Shown piece after piece: positions 37,641 to 49,737 of a stretch of 64,000 nt of DNA (positions are counted from its first letter, which is position 1; the number at the start of each line of letters is the position of its first letter). Both the position numbers and the translations under genes were made by a program. The DNA comes from Mustelus asterias (taxonomy: Eukaryota). The stretch lies in NCBI RefSeq assembly GCF_964213995.1, contig NW_027590141.1, forward strand, positions 1,302,001 to 1,366,000, given 5' to 3'. The notes below the pieces were generated by a model. That model did no database searches. It had not been told where the DNA came from and was given only the letters and a program-made list of their open reading frames with translations.

Positions 37641-38481
37641 CAGACCAATTGCAGGTGTAGCTTTCTTCCCACCTCACTCTCACAGACTCCAGTGAAGACA
37701 GTGTGGAAAGGCTTTGGGACAAGATCAGATCTGTGATGCAGTGAACACCCACTCAGCTCATCGGGTTTGAATTGCTCAGGCCGTCACACTGGCTCAACAA
37801 GAATGACAAAGAAATGAGCAAAATCAGAAAGTGTCTCTGGATTGAATGGAGTAGTATTCCTCCTATTGAACCATTCACACTGATGTATCACTGACTGTAC
37901 CTGTACCAGCTCTCTAACCTGACACATAGTCATATTATATGGATAAGTGGGCATAGCCTTTAGGTGTTGGTCTGTTAACTACAAGGGAACCATTTTCTTT
38001 AATTGATTCATGGACATGGGCAGCGCTGGCTGGCCAGCATTTATCGCCCATCCCCAGCTGCCCTTGAGAAGGTGGCGGTGAGCTGCCTTCTTGAAACCCT
38101 GCAGTCCATGTGCTGTGGGTTCACCCACAATGCCGTTAGGGAGGGAATTCCAGGATTATGACCCGGTGACTGTGAAGGAACAGTGATACATTTCCAATTT
38201 AGGATGGTGAATGGCTTGGAGGGAACTTGCAGGTGGTGGTATTCCCATGTATTTTCTGCCCTTCCGATGAAGGGTCATCTGGACTCAAAGCATTGGGTCT
38301 ATTCACTCCCCCCAGGTGCTGTCCGACCTGCTGAGATTTTCCACCATATTCTGTTTTTGTTTCACATTCCTGCATCGGCAGTATTTTGCTTTTATCTTCT
38401 GTCCTTGTCCTTTTAGATGGAAGTGGTTGTGGCTTTGGAAGGTGCTGCCTCAGGAGCCTTGGTGAATTGCTGCAGTGCATC

Positions 38482-39800
38482 TTCCTTTAGCAATATACTA
38501 TATCATCTCTCTGGCTTGTTCCACCAACCAAGATCCATACATTATACATTCAGTAGATTCACTTAATACAATTTTACTTTCTTTAATAATTTGATTGATC
38601 ATTTGTACGTGAGACTTTAGGGCCTGACCATATGTTGTAAATGTGTGGTTAAGTTCCGACCTTAAGAGTGGCTAAGTTAATGGTATTAACAACCCTGGTG
38701 TTAAAAGCTGTTGCAGCATCATTCATTATACTCCGTTACCTGTCTGACATTTTGGATATCATTCCCCTTCCTAATGTGGTTTTGGATAACATCCAGATGA
38801 AGATGCTGAGGGGGATTGAGCTTCCATCTTAACGTCCTCCTGATACAATAGCCGTGGTACAGGTGCACTTTTCACTTCTTTTTCATCATTGTCCCAGGTC
38901 CGCAGCATATTCTTCACCGTGTACGTAACAGTCCTGATCCTTCTCAGCTTCTTCCGTTATCTGGGACTCTGAGCTTCACCGAGTTATGAGAAAACCATTT
39001 GACTTTTTAGCAAAAACGTTTATTATTTTATTTGTGCCACAAATAGGCTTATATTAACACTGCAATGAAGTTCCTGTGAAAATCCGTGCCTGTTCAGGTA
39101 CACTGGGGGAGAATTTAGTATGGCTAATTCAACTAACCAGCACGTCTTTCGGACTTTGGGAGGAAACTGGAGCACCCGGAGGAAACCCACGCAGACACGC
39201 GGTGAAAGTGCAAACTCCGCATATAGTACCCAAGCCAGGAATTGAACCCGGGTCCCTGGCGCTGTGAAGCAGCAATGCTAACCACTGTGCCCCACCATGC
39301 CGCCCGTTTGCATATTCAATACAACTGACCTTATCCACTGTAGTGTATGGTCCCTTATACAGGGGTCCAAACACATCTCCCTTTGCACAATTTCTTACCC
39401 TCACTTGGTCTCCACACTCATGTGGTTCGATGGGGCTAATAGGGACCTACTCCAGATACTCATGAGAACCAGTGGAAGTTCTTCAATCCACTTTGTGCTG
39501 TTCCATCCAGTTATTTTCTGAGAACGAGCTTCATGTGCGGTTCATTCTTTCGACAATTCCCAGCAATTGGTGTGAGTTATTTGCCATCTCCCTCCTTTCA
39601 ATTTTCCAATTAAACAAAAGCACGGAGGAACAAACTGTTCTCTGGAGCATTCCACATTGCAATGACTCAGCCAAAGTCAACTTCCCAACCCATCAGCAAC
39701 TTCTTTTCATACAGAATAAATTGTTGTTCCCTTTGAAATTTGCTATTCTTGTATCTGTCATGTAAAGTGAAAAAGCTTCTGCAGCATGTCTCATTTTATT
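38482..39800 (-). mobile_element. Decayed LTR retroelement/endogenous retrovirus: integrase followed by env-like segment
   Basis: Minus strand: HQLLGIVERMNRT, KWIEELPLVLMSIWS and GPLYKGPYTTVDKVS (integrase motifs). Downstream: R*RSIMNDAATAFNT...CIMYGSWLVEQAREMI. Split by a SINE at 39020-39305. Confidence 0.7.
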
Positions 39801-39802
39801 TG

Positions 39803-42242
39803 ACTCAAGTTGGAAGGGGTGGGATGGAGGAAGAGTTCTTCGAATGCTGTCGGGATAGTTACCTTGAACAGTATGTTACAGAACCGACGAGGGAACGAGT
39901 TATCTTAGATCTGGTAATGTGTAACGAGGTAGGTAGAACTAAGGATGTTCTTGTGAAGGATCCTCTTGGGTCAAGTGATCACAATATGGTCGAATTTCTG
40001 ATATAAATGGAAGAGGAGAAAGTTTGGTCCCACACCACTGTCCTCTGTTTGAACAGAGGGAAGTACGATAGGATGAGGGCTGAATTGGCTAAGGTGGACT
40101 GGGAGAGCAGACTGGTAGGTAGGACAGCTGAGGAACAGTGGAGGATTTTTAAGGAGATCCTTTTCAGTACTCAGCAACAATATATTCCGGTGATAAAAAA
40201 GGGCTGTAAAAAAAGGGATAACCAGCCGTGGATAACGAAGGAAATTAAGGAGAGTATTAAATTAAAGACCGATGCGTACAGAGTGGCCAAAAATAGTGGA
40301 GAATTGGAAGATTGGGAAAACTTTCAGAAACAACAAAGAACGACTAAGAAAGTGATAAAGAAAGGAAAGATAGGTTATGGAGCTAGGCTAGCTCTAAATA
40401 TAAAAAATGATAGTAAAAGCTTTTACAAATATATAAAAAGGAATAGAGTGGCAAGAGTGAATGTTAGACGCTTGGAGGATGAGAGGGGGGATTTAATAGT
40501 GGGAAATGAGGAAATGGCTGAAACTTTAAATAAGTTTTTTGTGTCGGTCTTAACGGTGGAAGACACAAATAGTTTACCGAATATTAACGATAGAGGGTTG
40601 GTAGGAGGAGAGGTACTCAATAAAATTAATGTTACCAGGGAGGCAGTGCTTGGTAGACTAACAGGACTGAAGGTGGACAAGTCCCCGGGCCCGGATGGAA
40701 TGCATCCCAGGGTACTGAAAGAAATGTCAGAGGTAATAGTGGATGCGTTAGGGGTTATTTATCAAATTTCGTTGGATTCTGGGGTAGTGCCGGCGGATTG
40801 GAAAACGGCTAATGTTACGCTGCTGTTTAAAAAAGGAAATAGACAAAAGGCGGGTAACTACAGGCCGGTTAGCTTAACGTCTGTAGTTGGGAAAATGCTG
40901 GAATCCATCATTAAAGAGGAAATAGCAGGCCATCTGGATAAGAATGGTTCAATTAAGCAGACGCAGCATGGATTCATGAGGGGAAAGTCGTGCTTGACGA
41001 ACTTGTTGGATTTTTATGAAGATGTGACTAGTGCGGTTGACGGAGGGGAACCGGTGGATGCGGTGTTTTTGGATTTCCAAAAGGTGTTTGATAAGGTGCC
41101 TCACAAAAGGTTGCTGAAGAAGATTGGGTCACACGGAGTGGGGGGTAGGGTGTTAGCGTGGATTGGAGATTGGCTATCAGACAGGAAGCAGAGAGTCGGA
41201 ATAAATGGGTGCTTTTCTGGTTGGCAGACGGTAACTAGTGGCGTGCCGCAGGGATCGGTACTGGGGCCTCAACTATTTACCATTTATATAGACGATCTGG
41301 AGGAGGGGACTGAGTGTAGGGTAACAAAGTTTGCAGACGACACAAAGTTAAGTGGAAAAGTGAATCGTGTGGAGGGCGGAGAAGGGCTGCAGAGAGATTT
41401 GGACAGGCTGAGTGAGTGGACGAGGATCTGGCAGATGTGAGGTTATTCTCTTTGGAGGAAATAATAGCAAATTGGATTATTATCTAAATGGAAAAAAATT
41501 ACAACATGCTGCTGTGCAAAGGGACCTGGGGGTCCTTGTGCATGAGACGCAACAACCCAGTCTGCAGGTGCAACAGGTGATCAAGAAGGCAAATGGGATG
41601 TTGGCCTATATCGCAAGGGGGATAGGATATAAAAGCAGAGATGTCTTGCTGCATCTGTGCAGGGCATTGGTGAGGCCGCAGCTGGAATACTGTGTGCAGT
41701 ATTGGTCCCCTTATTTGCGGAAGGCTATATTGGCCTTGGAGGGAGTGCAGAGAAGGTTCACCAGGTTGATACCAGAGATGAGGGGTGTTGATTATGAGGA
41801 GAGACTGAACAGATTGGGTTTGTACTCGTTGGAATTTAGAAGGCTGAGGGGGGATCTTATAGAGACCTATAAGATAATGAAGGGGCTGGATAGGGGAGAG
41901 GTGGAGAGATTCTTTCCACTTAGAAAGGAAGCTAGAACTGGAGGGCACAGCCTCAAAATAAAGGGGGGTCAGCTTAGGACAGAGTTGAGGAGGAACTTCT
42001 TCTCTCAGAGGGTGGCGAATCTCTGGAATTCTCTTCCCACTGAAGTGGTGGAGGTTACCTCGTTGAATATGTTTAAATCACGGATAGATGGATTCCTGAT
42101 CGGTAAGGGAATTAGGGGTTATGGGGATCAGGCGGGTAAGTGGAACTGATCCACTTCAGATCAGCCATGATCTTATTGAATGGCGGGGCAGGAGCGTGGG
42201 GCTAGATGGCCTACTCCTGCTCCTATTTCTTATGTTCTTATG
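39803..42242 (+). mobile_element. 5'-truncated CR1 (second subfamily), ORF2 disrupted
   Basis: Endonuclease C-terminus and RT motifs (QGSVLGP, FADD). Stop at ~40004 and frameshifting deletion at ~41437. Ends in a ttatgttcttatg tail. Confidence 0.92.
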
Positions 42243-42420
42243 AACAAACAATTCTAGTTTCTCTGGAACATTTTTTCCGCTTGTTCCCCCAAATCTGCAT
42301 CTCCTCGTCCCACACACTCTCCCTCCTCCCTGGGCTGAAGTCCAAATCTATCTCACCATCTCCACCATTCTTTTCCTCCACTCCCAGTTTTCTCCCTCCC
42401 TTTCCTCTGTCTGGGTTCAG

Positions 42421-42659
42421 TTCTGATGTGGAAATGCCGGCATTGGACTGGGGTAAACCCAGTAAGGAGTCTAACACCACCAGGTTAAAGTACAACAGGT
42501 TTATTTGGTAGCAAATGCCACTAGCTTTTGGAGTGCTGCTCCTTCGTCAGATGGAGTGGAAATCTGCTCTCAAACAGGGCACAGAGCCCTCCGAAAGCTA
42601 ATGGTATTTGCTACCAAATAAACCTGTTGGACTTTAACCTGGTTTTGTTAGACTCCTTA
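42421..42659. mobile_element. Short inverted Penelope pLTR pair with 10-bp TSD
   Basis: TSD ctgggttcag at 42411-42420 and 42660-42669, with inverted pLTR ends between. Confidence 0.8.
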
Positions 42660-43329
42660 CTGGGTTCAGGTCTCCAGCTCCTGTCTGCAGACTGACAATA
42701 ATACCAATGGGTCTTATTGGGGGTGTTGGGGCCTCCAGAGGGTGTTTGTGAATCCTCCCCGCCCACCTCCCAGGGTTTCCTTCCTTCCCAGAGATCAGAG
42801 TCCTCATTGATTTGAGGCCAAAGTGTAACCTCTTATTTATTGTCCCCCTCCCCCATCCTCTGATGTGAACCATCCTCCAGTTGGCTGAGCCAGGATGGGG
42901 CCGTTAACCTGGGCCTGTTCCCGGGAGGGAGGGAAAAGCCCCGCAGAAATCAAATGAAATCATAGAAACCCTGCAGTGCAGAAGGAGGCCATTCGGCCCA
43001 TCGAGTCTGCACCGACCACAATCCCACCCAGGCCCTACCCCCACATATTTACCCACTAATCCCTCTAACCTACACATCTCAGGACTCTAAGGGGCAATTT
43101 TTAACCTGGCCAATCAACCTAACCCGCACATCTTTGGACTGTGGGAGGAAACCGGAGCACCTGGAGGAAACCCACGCAGACACGAGGAGAATGTGCAAAC
43201 TCCACACAGACAGTGACCCAATCCGGGAATCGAACCCAGGTCCCTGGAGCTGTGAAGCAGCAGTGCTAAGCACTGTGAAACCAGGGAGCTGACAATGATT
43301 CTGAAGGGTTTGCGGATCCACAAAGTGTT

Positions 43330-43810
43330 TCCAAATCCTCCCAGCCACCGCCGAACGCTGACTCCGCTTCTCCGGGACAAACAAGCGCCAAGGACAGCAA
43401 TGACACTGCGCATGCTCCACATCACATTGCCCGGGGACTGATTGACGGCAGCTCCGGACCAATAGGAAGAGTTCCCTATCCACTGCAGGGAGGAGGTGCG
43501 CATGGGCAGTAAGCAACGACGTTCGCCGTGTGGGTGACAGCAACTGGAGAGAAGTTCCTGTGTCTCATCAGCAGCCGGTAAGGATGCAGAAACATAGAGG
43601 GGGCAATGGAACCGGCGGATGGACGTAGAAGGTTTCTAAATATCTTTTGAAGGCCTCAAATATCGAATATGAGCCCGTAGGTCCCGGATTTGCAGCTTCA
43701 GGTCTTTTTCCCGAGACAAAGCTCAGGTTAGCGGCCGCCATCTTGATTCAGCGGGGAGCAGAGCGCATGCCCTGGTGTCTTGGTGACGCAACCGTGAGTG
43801 GGCGGGTCTT
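43330..43810. promoter_or_regulatory. CpG-rich ZNF promoter and first exon (likely bidirectional)
   Basis: TGCGCATG twice, CCAAT/ATTGA pair, donor ccg|gtaagg at ~43578, and downstream gcggccgccatcttg...gcgcatgc. Confidence 0.6.
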
Positions 43811-43984
43811 TGTGTTTCTGCTCCCACCGGGTCCTAATGCACCCATCGTGGCCTTTTGCATACCAACAATGAGCAATAGATTTTCAAACAGCTTCACCCA
43901 CTCCCAGGCTGCACCTCACGTTTGCAGCTGAGAGAAGTTTATGGGTCATGTACATATTCAGTATGAGAGGTTGAATCCCTGTGT

Positions 43985-45285
43985 AGTTACCTGAAGCGGT
44001 TACACGGCTTTTGTACTCGTTGGAGTTTCGAAGGTTGAAGAGGAACTTATTGAATCTTACAGGATACGGCGAGGCCTGGACAGAGTGGACGTGGAGAGGA
44101 TGTTTCCACTCGTAGGAAAAACTAGAACCAGAGGCACAACCTCAGACTAAAGGGACGATCCTTTCAAACAGAGATGAGGAGGAATTTCTTCAGCCAGAGT
44201 CATTGAGGTTTACAGCATGGAAACAGGCCCTTCGGCCCAACTTGTCTATGCCGCCCTTTTTTAAAAAAAACCTTTTTTTTTAAAACCCCTAAGCTAATCG
44301 CAATTGCCCGCATTTGGCCCATATCCCTCTATTCCCATCATACCCATGTAACTATCTAAATGCTTTTTAAAAGATACAATTGTGTCCGCCTCTACTACTA
44401 CCTCTGGCAGCTTGTTCCAGACAGTCACCACCTTCTGTGTGAAAAAATTGCTCCTCTGGACACTTTTGTATCTCTCCCCTCTCACCTTTAACCTATGCCC
44501 TCTAGTTTTAGACTCTCCTACCTTTGGGAAAAGATATTGACTATCTACCTTGTCTATGCCCCTCATTATTTTATAGACCTCTATAAGATCACCCCTCAGC
44601 CTCCTACGCTCCAGAGAAAAAAGTCCCAGTCTGTTCAGCCTCTCCTTATAACTCAATCCATCAAGTCCCGGTAGCATCCTAGTAAGTCTTTTCTGCACTC
44701 TTTCTAGTTTAATAATATCATTTCTATAATAGGGTGACAAGAACTGCACACAGTATTCCAAGTGTGGCCTTACCAATGTCTTGTACAACTTCAACAAGAG
44801 ATCCCAACTCCTGTATTCAATGTTCTGACCGATGAAACCAAGCATGCCGAATGCCTTCTTCACCACTCTGTCCACCTGTGACTCCACTTTCAAGGAGCTA
44901 TGAACCTGTACCCCTAGATCTCTTTGTTCTGTAACTCTCCCCAATGCCCTACCATTAACTGAGTAAGTCCTGCCCTGGTTCAATCTACCAAAATGCATCA
45001 CCTCGCATTTGTCTAAATTAAACTCCATCTGCCATTTGTCAGCCCACTGGCCCACCAGAGAGTGGTGAATCTGTGGAACTCTTTGCTGCAGAAGGCTGTG
45101 GAGGCCAGGTCATTGAGTATCTTTAAGACAGAGATAGATAGGTTCTTGATTAATAAGTGGATCAGGAGTTATGGGGAAAAGGTAGGAGAATGGGGATGAG
45201 AAAAATATCAGCCCATGACTGAATGGTGAAGCAGACTCGATGGGCCGAGTGGCCTAATTCTGCTCCTATGTCTTATGGCCTTTTG
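43985..45285. mobile_element. CR1 3' fragment (+) with a nested minus-strand CR1 fragment (44200-45055)
   Basis: Host CR1 breaks at ...cagccagag and resumes at ccagagagtggtgaat. The nested ORF 44294-45055 is a CR1 ORF2 C-terminus. Confidence 0.85.
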
Positions 45286-45614
45286 GTTACCCTTCAGCCC
45301 CAAGCTCCTCATGTTTACATAGAAACATGCATAGAAAATAGAAGCGGAAGGAGACCATTCAGCCCTGCCATTCATTATGGTCATGGCTGATCCTCAAATT
45401 CAATACTCTTGTCCCACCCATCCCCCCATAATATCCCTTTAGCCCCAAGAGATATATATCTAATTGAAATCAATCTCTACTCCCACCTTAGAGGAATGGA
45501 GATCCAAAGATTCACGACCCACTGAGAGAAAAATATCTAATCTCTGTCTCTATGGGCAACACTTGTTTAAACAGTGACCCCGAGATTCTCCCATAAGAGT
45601 AAACAACAGTTCCA

Positions 45615-46945
45615 ACAAGTTGTTAGAAGGTATTTTGAGAGACAGGATCTACAGGCATGTAGAGAGGCAAGGACTGATTAGGGACACTCAGCATGGCTTT
45701 GTGAGTGGAAAATAATGTTTCACAAATTCAATTGAGTTTTTTGAATGGGTAACCAAGAAGGTAGATGAGGGCAGTGCAGTTGATGTTCTTTACATGGACT
45801 TTAGCAAGGCCTTTGACAAGGTATCAAATGGTAAGTTGTTGCATAAGGTAATCTCACGGGATCCAGGATGAGGTAGCCAAATAGGTACAAAATTGGCTTG
45901 ATGACAGAAGACAGAGGGTGGTTGTAGATGGTTGTTTTTCAAACTGGAGGCCTGTGACCAGCCGTGTGCCTCAGGGATCGGTGTTGGGTCCACTGTTATT
46001 TGTCATTTATATTCATGATGTGGATGAGAATTTAGTAGGCATGGTTAGTAAGTTTGCAGTATGGTTAGTAAGTTTGCAGATGACACCAGGATTGGTGGCA
46101 TAGTGGACAGTGAAGAAGGTTACCTAGGATTGCATCGGGAATCCAGTGGGCTGGTGAATGGCAGATGGAGTTTAATTTTGATAAATGCGAGGTGATGCAT
46201 TTTGGTAGATTGAACCAGGACAGGACTTACTCAGTTAATGGTAGGGCAATTGGGGAGAGTTACAGAACAAAGAGATCTAGGGGTACAGGTTCATAGGTAG
46301 AGTGGTGAAGAAGGCATTCGGCATGCTTGGTTTCATTGGTCAGAACATTAAATACAGGAGTTGGGACGTCTTGTTGAAGTTGTACAAGACTTGTGTAAGG
46401 CCACACTTGGAATACTGCGTGCAGTTCTGGTCACCCTATTATAGAAAGGTTGTTATTAAACGAGAAAGAGTGCAGAAAAGATTTACGAGGATGCTACTGG
46501 GATTTGATGGTTATAAGGAGAGACTGGATAGACTGGGAATTTTTTTTCTGGAGCGCAGGAGGCATAGGGGTGATCTTATAGCGGTCTATAAAATAATGAG
46601 GGCCATAGATCAGCTAGATAGTCAATATCCTTTTGCAAAGGTAGGGGAGTCTAAAACTAGAGGGCATAGATTTCAGGTGAGAAGGGAGAGATACAAAGGG
46701 TCCAGAGGGGCAATATTTTCATACAGAGGGTGGAGAGTGTCTTGAGCAAACTGCCAGAGGTAGTAGTAGAGGCGGGTACAATTTTTTCTTTTGAAAAGCA
46801 TTTAGATAGTTACACGGGTATGATGGGTATAGAGGGATATGGGCCAAATGCGGGCAATTGGGACTAGTTTCGGGGTTAAAAAAAGGGGCAGCATGGACAA
46901 GTTGGGCTGAAGGCCTGTTTCCATGCTATAAACCTCGATGACTCC
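45615..46945 (+). mobile_element. Degenerate CR1 RT/3' fragment
   Basis: Frameshifted RT motifs ([16 protein letters not shown]). Same subfamily as 44200-45055. Confidence 0.85.
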
Positions 46946-48531
46946 TCTCCACATCCAAGACCTTTCAGGATCTGAAAGGTTTAAATTAAGTTGCCTCTTA
47001 CTCTTTTAAACTCGAGCAGAGACTGTCTCACTGCTCCTCATCAGACTATCCACCTATTCCAGGTGTTAGTCGACTAAACCTTCTATGAACTTCTCATGCA
47101 TTTATATTTTTCCTTAAATAAGGAAATCGATAATGTAGACATTGCTCCAGATACAGACTCACTGTGTGCAACTGAAACATAACTTCCCTGCTTTTACTCC
47201 ATTCCCCTCATAACAAACAATAGCTTTCTGAATTACTTGTACCTGGATTTTCTATCGTGATGGATTTTGGATATTTTTTGTTACAGGGGGTTAGAAATTG
47301 AGGATTTACACACAAGCTCAAACCAAGAGAAAAATGTTGTCTCTTCTGATACGGACTTTCTGAATGGGATAAGTAGGGGGATGTGAATGGAATGTTTCCA
47401 CTTGTTGGTTCTTCCATTACTGGGAACCATGAACAGACAACAAATAAATCAAACAGGAAAATAGGAGATGTTTCTTTCTTCAGACGTTGTTAGAATATGG
47501 AACTCACTGCGACTGGAAGTGGTTGACTCAAATACTTTAGATGCTTTCAAAAGGAAAATATATGAGCCTATGAGAGAAAAGGGATTGGAAAAATCAACTG
47601 AAAAGCTGAGATGTGGTGATCAGAATGAGAGGAGACTCATGTGGAGGATAAACTCCAGTACAGACTCGATAAACCGAATGGCCTGTTTGTGTATTGTCAC
47701 AGACAGAACAAACAATTCTCCTTCCCTGTTCAAAGACAATAACAATCAGCTCCTAATGATCCGAGTGACTGTCAGATCTCAACGTGATGTTTGGTTTGTG
47801 TTTTCTTGCTGTAAATCCTCCTTTCCAATATCCTGCAAAGGGAATTTACAAAAGTCATCACTGTCAGTCCAGGATAGATATATTCATAGAATTCCACAGT
47901 TCAGAAGGAGGCTATTTGGCCCATCAAGTCAACTCTCCGACAGAGCATCCCACCAAGGCCCCAACAACATAACCCAACTTATTTACCCCACTAATCTCCC
48001 TAACCTACACACCATGGGGGGAAAATGGATAATTTAGCATGGCCAGTCCACCTAACCTGAATATCTTTGGACTGTGGGAGAAAACCGGAGCACCTGGAGG
48101 AAACCCACGCAAACAAGTGGAGAATATGCAAACTCCACACAGCAGCGCTCCGAAAGCAAGTGGCGTTTGCTACCAAATAAACCTGTTGGACTTTAACCTG
48201 GTGTTGTTAAACTCCTTACTGTGTAAACTCTACACAGACAGGTAACCACGGCCGGAATCGAACCCAGGTCCCTGGTGCTGTGAGGCAGGAGGACTAACCA
48301 CTGTGCCACCGTGCCAGCCACGTAATTCTTTGTAAACTTATTTTACAGGAAATAGAAGAGGAGGATTTGCAGTCTGGACAATCAAATCTCACGTCAGACA
48401 GAGTCAATCGGTTCATTGGGATTTGAAGATTTGTGCATCTGAAGGGATTTAATTGACCATCTCAGTTGGAAACTGGTGAGAATCTGTTTCCTTGCTCCTC
48501 CTGTGGGGAGGGATTGATACAGCTGGAAAAC

Positions 48532-49737
48532 ATGCTGACACGACAGCGAGCTCGCAATAGTGAGAGTTCATTCACCTGCTCCGTGTGTGGGAAGAAATTC
48601 ATGTGTTCGTCCAACCTGCTGGCTCACCAACTCGATCACATTATTCAGAAGCCTCTTCAAAGCTCTGACTCTGGGCAAAGCATTGAAACCTCTGAGGAAC
48701 AGGCCCAACACCAGCTCCTTCACACTGACGAGAGACCGTTCAGCTGCTCCCACTGCGGGAAGAGGTTCAGCCAGTCCTCCCGCCTTGCAGAGCACCAGCT
48801 CCTTCACACACACGAGAGACCGTTCAGCTGCTCTCACTGTGGAGAGTCATTCAGCGACTCAGTGCATCTCACTGAGCACCAACAAGTTCACACCAAGGAC
48901 AGGCCATTCAGCTGCTCCCAGTGTGGGAAGAGATTCACTCAGTCCTCCCACTGCACCGTTCACCAACAGATTCATTTTCAGAAGAGACATTTTAAATGCT
49001 TTAAATGTGAGAAGACCTTCAAAAGAAGGATTAGTCTGCTGAGACACCAGGGCACTCACACTGGGGAGAGGCCATACGTTTGCCCTGTGTGTGGGAAAAC
49101 ATTTACTTGTTTGCAGCATCTGCTGAGTCACCGGCCTATTCACACCGGGGAGAAGGCATTCATCTGCTCCGTGTGTGGGAAGGCTTTCACGGAGTCATCC
49201 AGCCTCCGGAGACACCGCCGCATTCACACAGGGGAGAAGCCGTTCTCCTGCTCCATTTGCGGCAAAAGATTTGCTCAGTTTTCCTACTGCAATCAACACC
49301 AACACATTCACTCTGACAAGAGACCTTTTCAATGCTCAGAATGCAATAAGACCTTTAAAAGAAGTGATGATCTGCTGAAACACAATCGCATTCACACCGG
49401 GGAGAGGCCGTTCCTGTGCTCTGTGTGTGGAAAGGGATTCGCTCAGTCGTCTGGCCTGCTGAGACACCAACGCATTCACACTGGGGAGAAGCCGTTCACC
49501 TGCTCTGTGTGTGGGAAGGGATTCACTGATTCATCCTTTATGCTGAAACACCAGCGAGCTCACACTGGGACAGAACCGTTCACCTGCTCCCTGTGTGGGA
49601 AGGGATTCACTGATCCATCCCGCCTGCAGAGGCACCAGCGAGTTCACACTGGGGCAAAACCTTTCAACTGCTCCATGTGTGGGAAGGGATTTAATCAGTA
49701 TTACAGCCTGCTGAAACATAGACGACTTCATGTGTGA
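48532..49737 (+). CDS. C2H2 zinc-finger protein (ZNF-E), 13 intact fingers plus degenerate N-terminal units
   Basis: Open frame 48457-49737, first ATG at 48532, acceptor ttttacag at ~48348. Start codon is uncertain. Confidence 0.85.
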   Translation: MLTRQRARNSESSFTCSVCGKKFMCSSNLLAHQLDHIIQKPLQSSDSGQSIETSEEQAQHQLLHTDERPFSCSHCGKRFSQSSRLAEHQLLHTHERPFSCSHCGESFSDSVHLTEHQQVHTKDRPFSCSQCGKRFTQSSHCTVHQQIHFQKRHFKCFKCEKTFKRRISLLRHQGTHTGERPYVCPVCGKTFTCLQHLLSHRPIHTGEKAFICSVCGKAFTESSSLRRHRRIHTGEKPFSCSICGKRFAQFSYCNQHQHIHSDKRPFQCSECNKTFKRSDDLLKHNRIHTGERPFLCSVCGKGFAQSSGLLRHQRIHTGEKPFTCSVCGKGFTDSSFMLKHQRAHTGTEPFTCSLCGKGFTDPSRLQRHQRVHTGAKPFNCSMCGKGFNQYYSLLKHRRLHV

